Origin: an uncultured Pseudomonadales bacterium
GTDB lineage: Bacteria; Patescibacteriota; Microgenomatia; UBA1400; UBA1396
DNA: 64,000 bases
Assembly: GCA_964511175.1 (NCBI GenBank)
Contig: CAZEEI010000002.1
Span: forward strand, 66,063-130,062
Direction of reading: 5' to 3'
Shown here: positions 58,016-64,000 of the stretch, one piece after another
How the letters are laid out: each line of letters begins with the position of its first letter
How positions within the stretch are numbered: the first letter of the stretch is position 1
Made by a program: the position numbers and the translations under genes
Notes under the pieces: model-generated
Told to the model about the DNA's origin: nothing
What the model saw: the letters and a program-made list of their open reading frames with translations, nothing else
The model's database searches: none

Positions 58016-58331
58016 TTACCAATACTACCAAATAAAAGGCGAAAATAAAGCCCTGCAAATGTCTTTCGACCTCACAGGGCGGTTTAGTGTTCACATACTA
58101 TCAAATTGATCTGGGAAAGTCAACCAATCATCTGGTTTCGCTTGGATAGAATCCAAATCTAGTTTGATTGATCAGGTAATTTATCCTTTTTTGATTTTCA
58201 GTACACTCTGGAGCTGGGGACGGTACTCAGCTCGAACCTGCCACTACCATCATGGCTTTTTCTCAACTTGTATCGTCTTATAACTCCTGAACTGATTTTA
58301 CAACTTGCCACGTTAAAAGATCATTTAGGAA

Positions 58332-58952
58332 TTAAATCTTTTGCCAACCAACTCTAATTGACCACTTTTCAAAAGACTTTTGTCTCTCAAGTCTATCTTT
58401 TGGCGGTTTTTCATTACTTTCTTCAACAAGTTTTCTCTGTTTTGTTATCGTTTCGGATAATGGAGGCAATCCCATTCCTTTTCTAAGAATGTCTACTTTT
58501 TCAGGATTTTCAATCGGATTAGGCGACATTTGGTTATTTTCATCCCAATCAAATTGAGTACCGTAGATTTGCTTTTTTCCTTCAAAAATTCTGATTCTAT
58601 CTTCTAACATAGCTATTTGGTCTAGCGGAACCTCACCTTTGTTTGCTTGGACCTTCAGTATTTTCAGACAATTTCTCTGCAGTTCAGGCAAACTAATGGC
58701 ATGTTGGGCAATAAGCCAAGCATTTCTTGCACCAGTTTCACCAACTAAACTTTTCCCTGGCCAGCCATACTGATTAATAATTTCCAAAAGTCTTTCACCG
58801 TTTCTGTTGTGAACTTTTTCCATTTCAGGGTGATACCCCTCAAACAAACTTCCATCTTTTGCAAGTTCGTCACGTAATCGATAGTCCTCATCTATCATTT
58901 TTTGAAGTTCAAACGAGATAGTTTTCCAATTAGAATCGTAAGGAGTTGTCAT
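58332..58952 (-). CDS. hypothetical protein (206 aa)
   Basis: A clean ORF with a Lys/Glu-rich C-terminus and no motif recognised. Confidence 0.35.
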   Translation of the reverse strand: MTTPYDSNWKTISFELQKMIDEDYRLRDELAKDGSLFEGYHPEMEKVHNRNGERLLEIINQYGWPGKSLVGETGARNAWLIAQHAISLPELQRNCLKILKVQANKGEVPLDQIAMLEDRIRIFEGKKQIYGTQFDWDENNQMSPNPIENPEKVDILRKGMGLPPLSETITKQRKLVEESNEKPPKDRLERQKSFEKWSIRVGWQKI

Positions 58953-59009
58953 TTATTGTATTCTTATGTAATTTCCTAGTAACTTTGCGGTTATTTCTGT
59001 CACTTTATG

Positions 59010-59080
59010 AGCGGGTGAAGGGAATCGGACCCTCGTATTCTGCTTGGAAGGCAGACGCTCTACCACTGAGCTACACCCGC
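59010..59080 (-). tRNA. tRNA-Gly (anticodon TCC), no encoded CCA
   Basis: The minus-strand cloverleaf has acceptor GCGGGTG/CACCCGC and D-arm GCTC-AGTGGTA-GAGC. The anticodon stem is TCTGC/GCAGA with loop CUUCCAA. There is a 4-nt variable loop, T-arm GAGGG-TCCGATT-CCCTT and discriminator U. Confidence 0.8.
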
Positions 59081-59110
59081 AGGGGTTGATTCAATTATAC
59101 AGGATTAACT

Positions 59111-59482
59111 TTAACGATTTCTGTTGCTCAACCAGTGGGCTGCTTCATCTTGATCCAACTCAGCTGCCAGACGACGTTTTTCAGCGCTCGCGGCAAACCG
59201 ATCGCGTCGTTTGGTAACCGAATCATCACCGGTTACTCCCGGAATTGGTCTGTCGTCCAGAGCACGACAGGTAGCCATCGATTCAACTGTGAGATTTTCC
59301 CCGGCGCCATCTATTTCGATAGCGGCCCTAAGCATAGCTGTACGCGGATCTTCACCTTCGGCCACCAACTCATCTACCAGTTGCCACGCACCCCTCGCAC
59401 TTCGGGGGCTATACCCTAGGAGGTAATCTTTACGGCTCATCTTGCCAGGTATTATAACAAATGGGGTTTTAACTCCGGTCAA
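59111..59482 (-). CDS. hypothetical protein (123 aa)
   Basis: An ORF with a charged C-terminus and no motif recognised. Confidence 0.3.
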   Translation of the reverse strand: MTGVKTPFVIIPGKMSRKDYLLGYSPRSARGAWQLVDELVAEGEDPRTAMLRAAIEIDGAGENLTVESMATCRALDDRPIPGVTGDDSVTKRRDRFAASAEKRRLAAELDQDEAAHWLSNRNR

Positions 59483-61103
59483 AAAACTCTTTTCGGGAAA
59501 AAGGATCCGGTTTTTGCTCTGACGGCAGCACTACTGCTGATAGAAGTGGATCGATTTTAGCTGCCTGCTGGGAAAGTTCGTAGGCTAGGCTACGGTAGTT
59601 TATGTGCCCACCGGGACGGATACGCAATTGGGGTAGGTAGGAAAGTTCTTTGGGCCCACCAGTAAGATAATAGCGAATGTAGTGGGCGTTAGGCAGAAGG
59701 GACAAGAGCAGACGCGGTGATACGTCGGCTGGTAATGTTTGACTAAACTTGAGCAGATCGCGGTAATGTTGCTGAAGAACTTGAGTGAAAGCTTTTTTCA
59801 GGGCACGACAGCGGGGGTGATCCAGGTAAAGCGGTAAGGTATAGCCGTCGCGGATGAGAGTGGCTACGTCTTGAGTTTCCAGAAAAGGCGTAAACCTGCC
59901 CCAAGCGCGGTGGCGGTTAAAGTCGATCATTTCGGACAAGGAAGCTTTGAGTTCAAAAGTGTAACCGCCGGTGCGCGCGTAGAGCGGCAAGTGATGATGG
60001 TGGGTATAGCGGTCAAAGAGGATGTGGGAGAGGCGGCGTTTAGTGTAACCGCTCAAAGTCTGGTACCAGGCAGTGAACTTACCAACCGTCAATTGGGGAT
60101 GGAGGCGGACTAAGCTAAAGAAGAGATAGGTGCTGGCCGGATCAAGTAAGTCATTTAAGTGGCGGACTTTTTGGGAATGCAGATTGGGTTTTTTGCCAGG
60201 ACCGGCAATTGCGGTGGCCAGGTCGACGGCAATGGGAGCTAATTCAGTTAAAACCTCTGTGGTGCGGGAGTCGGCTTCGGTATGGCGCAGTAAATCGGGC
60301 GCCTCTGGTACATAGCCTAGTTTGGCGGCAACTGCCGCCGGGGGAGAAAAAAGCGTTTCCAGTTGTTCGGCTAAGCAGCACAATGAGCGGTCGGGCGAGG
60401 CCTTAAATAGTGTTATCAGCCGCGCCCATTCGCGGGCGGCGGTGATGTAGGCACCAGAGGTGCTGGCGCCAGCTGGCAGGAGAGCACGAATGGTGTCAAA
60501 AGAGCGGGCTTGGAGGGCCGCCGCCTGTTGTTTATCGTCAGGTTCGGGTCGGTAGATCTTTGTAAAAGTGCTGACCACTTCCGGTAAAAGTGTTTTATAA
60601 CTATGGATCAGGCTGGTGTAAAGCTGTTGGTATTCGGTTTCAATATCCGGTAGAGCTTGATCGGTAAAGAGCGAAAAAAGCGGTGGTTGGGAGGCGGCAA
60701 AGTTTTGGTAGCGGGAGGAGCGTTCTTGGCCGCCGCCCAGTGCTGTGGAATAGAGAAATTGAAAAAGCAGGTAACGCGGCACGTTTTCGATATAAGCAAA
60801 CAGCATGGCCATATCGCCCACGGAAGCGTGGCCGTAGTTGTGAAAGATATTGGCCAGCTTTTTTTGGGCGGAAACGGCACTGGTGTTGATTTCGGCAAAT
60901 AATTCTTCTGCGGTCAAGGCTGAGCGGGAAAAACGGGCGCCGGCAAAAGCCATGATGGCTGGGACTTGGAGGCCGTCGTTGGCCAAGGCGGTGCGGACAG
61001 TAAAACCAGTGCGAGCGTCGTAGAGGGCAACTAGTTTGAGCGCGGTTTGCCGAGCGTTGGAGCAAGTAAAGTGAAAGTGGGAAGGAAGAGTGTTGGTAGA
61101 CAT
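59469..61103 (-). CDS. ThyX (Thy1 / flavin-dependent thymidylate synthase)-fold protein, double length and divergent
   Basis: The first half has FAGARFSRSA (cf. ThyX FAGRACYQS), HNYGHASVGDMAM (cf. GHFSVLEHASV) and ERSSRY (cf. SQRY). The RHRxxS position reads PRYLLFQF instead. The second half has NRHRAWGRF. Confidence 0.4.
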   Translation of the reverse strand: MSTNTLPSHFHFTCSNARQTALKLVALYDARTGFTVRTALANDGLQVPAIMAFAGARFSRSALTAEELFAEINTSAVSAQKKLANIFHNYGHASVGDMAMLFAYIENVPRYLLFQFLYSTALGGGQERSSRYQNFAASQPPLFSLFTDQALPDIETEYQQLYTSLIHSYKTLLPEVVSTFTKIYRPEPDDKQQAAALQARSFDTIRALLPAGASTSGAYITAAREWARLITLFKASPDRSLCCLAEQLETLFSPPAAVAAKLGYVPEAPDLLRHTEADSRTTEVLTELAPIAVDLATAIAGPGKKPNLHSQKVRHLNDLLDPASTYLFFSLVRLHPQLTVGKFTAWYQTLSGYTKRRLSHILFDRYTHHHHLPLYARTGGYTFELKASLSEMIDFNRHRAWGRFTPFLETQDVATLIRDGYTLPLYLDHPRCRALKKAFTQVLQQHYRDLLKFSQTLPADVSPRLLLSLLPNAHYIRYYLTGGPKELSYLPQLRIRPGGHINYRSLAYELSQQAAKIDPLLSAVVLPSEQKPDPFSRKEFFDRS

Positions 61104-61170
61104 ATTGGGAACATCATACCGCACCTTCTGTACTTCTTGACATATGTGACATATATGACACAATGATGCA

Positions 61171-61488
61171 GTGAAGAAAGAGGTGTTGGTTGATTCGCGG
61201 GCGGCTAGAGAGCTTAAAAAATTCCCCCGACCGATTCAGCTGAAATTTAAAGCACTGTTTGAATTATTGGGGGAAGCAGGAAAATTAGAAGAACCATTTG
61301 CCAAGAAACTAAAGGGTTCAACAGACTTGTTTGAGATTCGGGTTAAATATGAAGGACAATGGCGGGCAATTTATGCCTATCTACATCAAGATGTAGCGAT
61401 TATCTTAAGTGCCTTCGCTAAAAAAACGCAAAAAACACCTTTGACAGAGTTGGAAAAAGCACACAAGAGGAGGAGAGACTATGAATAA
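61171..61488 (+). CDS. higB: type II toxin, HigB/RelE-like (phage Gp49-like 'killer protein' family)
   Basis: LFEIRVKYEGQWRAIYAYLHQDVAIILSAFAKKTQKTP matches the conserved ...YRiiY...FxKKTQKTP core of this family. The toxin-first order is typical of higBA. Confidence 0.6.
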   Translation: MKKEVLVDSRAARELKKFPRPIQLKFKALFELLGEAGKLEEPFAKKLKGSTDLFEIRVKYEGQWRAIYAYLHQDVAIILSAFAKKTQKTPLTELEKAHKRRRDYE

Positions 61489-61768
61489 GAAGCAAGTAAA
61501 AGCAATCAGTCTGAAAGATTTTAATCGAGATATCAATCAAGAAGAGCGAACTTTCATTGAGGTAGAGAAAAAATACTACCAAATAGTTGTGGCCTTAAAA
61601 CAAAAACGGGAAAGATTGGGTTTAACCCAAACCCAATTGGCATTAATGGCCAAAGTACCGCGTACCACCATTACTAGGGTCGAATCTGGTTCACGCAATG
61701 CTACATTGCAGACAGTCATGGCTTTAGCCCAGGCGATGGGTAAGACTGTAGAGTTGCGTTTGGTTTAA
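61481..61768 (+). CDS. higA: HTH XRE-family antitoxin (HigA-like)
   Basis: Helix-turn-helix LGLTQTQLALMAKVPRTTITRVESG. It overlaps the toxin gene by 8 nt. Confidence 0.65.
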   Translation: MNKKQVKAISLKDFNRDINQEERTFIEVEKKYYQIVVALKQKRERLGLTQTQLALMAKVPRTTITRVESGSRNATLQTVMALAQAMGKTVELRLV

Positions 61769-61920
61769 TTAACGTTTTTTAGAATCTGAACCGTGATTGG
61801 CGGCATAAGCTAGAAAGAGCAAAAATCCTGTGATACCGACCAGAAAAAATGATGTAATTCCAAGGAAGCGTAGATAGAAAAGCTAACATCGTTTAATCCC
61901 CTGATTTCGATTGATCTTAG

Positions 61921-62004
61921 TGCCGAGGAAGGGAATCGAACCCATACTCCCTTGCAGGAACGAGATTTTAAGTCTCGCGCGTCTACCAATTCCGCCACCC
62001 CGGC
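61921..62004 (-). tRNA. tRNA-Leu (anticodon TAA), type II with long variable arm, no encoded CCA
   Basis: The minus-strand fold has acceptor GCCGGGG/CCTCGGC (one G-U) and D-arm GCGGAATTGGTAGACGC. The anticodon stem is CGAGA/TCTCG with loop CUUAAAA. There is a long variable arm TCCTGCAAGGGAGT and a T-loop TTCGATT. Confidence 0.8.
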
Positions 62005-62018
62005 TAGAGTCTAGGAAA

Positions 62019-63293
62019 TTATACCATCTCCTGTTCGCGTTTTTCTTTGAGCGCGGTATGGTCTGGTACGCTATCGTAAACTACGGTGGCTGGGTAAACA
62101 ACCGCCTGAGTACCAACGCAAACGCCTGGCATTAGCGAAGTATTCACCCCGATTTCGGTGCCGGCGGCGATGAGTGCCCCCAGCTTGTTACGACTGCTGT
62201 CCAGTTCGTTTTCTCCCCACTTCACCTTAATCGATTGTTGATCCAGACGGTAATTAGCCGTATGGGCGTTAAAGCCAAAGTGCACTTGCCGTTCCAGTAC
62301 CGAATCACCGATATAGGCGTGGTGTAAATCGCACTGGGGCCCAACGTAGCTGCGTACAATCTCACAGCCAAAACCGATGGTTGTCCCAGCTTCGACGATA
62401 CTTTGGCGCACCAAAGCGTTATTGCCGATAATCACGTCGGGGCCAATCCAGCATGGTCCCTGAATAATGGCGCCATCGAGTACTTGGGCACCTGCCTCAA
62501 TAACAACTTCGCCGTTAAGAGTGGCGCCAGCGGCGATTTTTGCCTCTGGTGAGATAAAATGCTGCAGTGGTTGGAGCAGATAGTTGACCATATCTAAAAC
62601 GTGGTGGCCGTATTTAAGTTTTTGCCAGGGGCCGTCGTAGCGGTAAACCTCGACGCCACCCTGCTCAATCAGGCGGTTGAGAGCCTGTTCGTAGACGTCG
62701 TCGGTGGCAGCGGTAGCAATTTGCTGCTGAGCAGCCACTAGGTCGATAAATTGGCGGGCTTCGTGAAAATAATGGAACACTAGGTTGGCTAGATCGCTGG
62801 GCATTTGGTCAGCACCTGGTTTTTCCTGAATGCCAGTAATCTGTCCGGCTTGATTGAGGGAGAAATAGCCCAGCGGCTGATAAGTTGGTGTGACGCGGCC
62901 GGTTAGAACGGCGGGTTTGCCAGGAGTTAGAGTAAGGAGTTCGGTTAAAAGATGCGATTCGACCATGTCGCCCGCGTTCATAATGAGAATATCTTGGGAC
63001 GGTAAGAGAGAGCGGATGGCTAGTAAAGCGTCGCCCATACCCTGCGGTTGCGGCTGTACCCCGACTTTGATCGACAGTTCCGGAAAAAGAGCTGGTGCCT
63101 CTTGGGTTAACCACGCTTCGTTATAGCGGTTGGCGGCCACCACTACTTGGGTGATGCCAGCTTTGGCCACCATGCTGAGAGTGCGAGCCAGCAAAGATTG
63201 GCCCAAGAAAGGAAAAAGGGTTTTGTCGGTGACAAAAGGAACAAAACGTTTGCCAATTCCTCCTGCCAAAATGACTGCGGTTACCGTGCTCAT
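62019..63293 (-). CDS. sugar-1-phosphate nucleotidyltransferase with C-terminal LbH domain (GlmU/GCD1-like)
   Basis: N-terminal NTP-transferase loop ILAGGIGKRF, then C-terminal hexapeptide repeats. Start set at the internal MSTVTAV, giving a 4-nt gap to the downstream gene. Confidence 0.65.
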   Translation of the reverse strand: MSTVTAVILAGGIGKRFVPFVTDKTLFPFLGQSLLARTLSMVAKAGITQVVVAANRYNEAWLTQEAPALFPELSIKVGVQPQPQGMGDALLAIRSLLPSQDILIMNAGDMVESHLLTELLTLTPGKPAVLTGRVTPTYQPLGYFSLNQAGQITGIQEKPGADQMPSDLANLVFHYFHEARQFIDLVAAQQQIATAATDDVYEQALNRLIEQGGVEVYRYDGPWQKLKYGHHVLDMVNYLLQPLQHFISPEAKIAAGATLNGEVVIEAGAQVLDGAIIQGPCWIGPDVIIGNNALVRQSIVEAGTTIGFGCEIVRSYVGPQCDLHHAYIGDSVLERQVHFGFNAHTANYRLDQQSIKVKWGENELDSSRNKLGALIAAGTEIGVNTSLMPGVCVGTQAVVYPATVVYDSVPDHTALKEKREQEMV

Positions 63294-63297
63294 ATTT

Positions 63298-64000
63298 TTA
63301 CTCCTGTGGTGTGGTCGAGCCGGGGCGGATAAAAGTAATATCCGCCTCATCGATGCGGCGCACTGGTTTTTCTTGATACTCTTCCAAAATATGGGCGATC
63401 ATGCCACCGCAGCGGGCGAGGGCGAAGAGACCGTTACCGGCTTGAGGCGGGAAACCTAGGTCTAACAGGAGCGCCGCGATGGCGCCGTCGATATTAATGA
63501 TGAGATGCTTGCCTAATCGTTCATAAATACTTTTTTGAATGAGGAAAGCGATTTCCTGATACTTGGTACCAATTGATTGTTGGCGGGCCAGATCAAAAAG
63601 CTGATCGGCGCGCGGGTCGTTGTGTTTGTAGTGCGGGTGACCAAAACCTAAAAGACGCTTTTTAGCTACAAAGTGTGTTTCTTCTAAGGAGTTGATACCC
63701 TGATCGGCTACCTGTTGAAAAATTTGGGCAGCACCTTCGATAGCGCCGCCATGGTAGGGTCCTAGCGCCATTAAACCAGCGGCAAGGGAATGAATAATGG
63801 GGTTGCCGGTACTAGCGACCACCCGCGGCACAAAACCAGAGGCCGGGCTAAGTCCGTGATCTAGGCTGGCTACTAGTAAAGCGTTAAACACTACTTCTTG
63901 GTTGGGGTTGGGCATTTGGCCGGTGATCATGTAAAACACGGCGGCGGCAAACGAAACTTGACCAACCAATTCGGCCAAAGGAAGGTTGCGGACGTAATGA
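63298..64000 (-). CDS. citrate synthase family protein, C-terminal part (5' end beyond window)
   Basis: Citrate-synthase signature GFGHPHYKHNDPR and upstream LGPYHGGA. The ORF-track 'M' at 63978 is a TTG, and the frame runs open to the window edge. Confidence 0.6.
   Translation of the reverse strand, partial: HYVRNLPLAELVGQVSFAAAVFYMITGQMPNPNQEVVFNALLVASLDHGLSPASGFVPRVVASTGNPIIHSLAAGLMALGPYHGGAIEGAAQIFQQVADQGINSLEETHFVAKKRLLGFGHPHYKHNDPRADQLFDLARQQSIGTKYQEIAFLIQKSIYERLGKHLIINIDGAIAALLLDLGFPPQAGNGLFALARCGGMIAHILEEYQEKPVRRIDEADITFIRPGSTTPQE

Noticed and set aside
58100-58130. GGGAAAGTC motif resembling the RNase P RNA P4 region
   Set aside because: Flanking conserved RNase P elements (e.g. 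the ACAGAAACCCGGCTTA-like region and the P4 partner strand) are absent. The gap is too short and unstructured for RNase P RNA.
61810-62135. Two short ORFs (61810..61998 minus, 61911..62135 plus) overlapping tRNA-Leu
   Set aside because: They overlap a confidently folded tRNA and are typical tRNA-shadow ORFs.
1-64000. CRISPR arrays, integrases/transposases, rRNA genes
   Set aside because: No regularly spaced direct repeats, no tyrosine/serine recombinase or DDE transposase motifs, and no rRNA-like stretches were seen in any ORF-free region. The putative islands therefore lack an identified mobility gene.

Overview
The window reads as a gene-dense bacterial chromosome segment of roughly 50% GC from a small-genome, probably monoderm organism. 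Genes are tightly packed with many 4-nt ATGA/GTGA start/stop overlaps, and the content (many GT-C glycosyltransferases, secreted nucleases, many small hypothetical membrane proteins) fits a Patescibacteria/CPR-like lifestyle. That taxonomic guess is inference only. The conserved backbone is: dnaE 3' end, a MurF-like ligase, a MacAB-like ABC exporter, prfB, ftsEX plus a PcsB/EnvC-like coiled-coil peptidase, gdh, ruvCAB, mraZ-rsmH-ftsL-ftsI, murE, murC-murB-murA-map, recQ and a citrate-synthase 3' end. Between these lie two large glycosylation loci (UXS-GT39-GT4-GT4, and a roughly 11-kb block with five GT-C membrane enzymes, GT2/GT4 enzymes and an epimerase) and three tRNAs (Pro-GGG, Gly-TCC, Leu-TAA). 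Three visibly AT-richer accessory blocks stand out. The first is a roughly 3.2-kb island immediately 3' of tRNA-Pro, with an EEP-family nuclease and a cassette of two paralogous small proteins flanking a 285-aa unknown. The second is two large unknown proteins inserted into the dcw cluster between ftsI and murE. The third is a tRNA-Gly/tRNA-Leu-bounded block carrying a divergent double-length ThyX-like gene and a higBA-type toxin-antitoxin pair. No CRISPR array, integrase or transposase was recognised. All functional calls rest on motif-level recognition of the translated ORFs and are unverified by database search.
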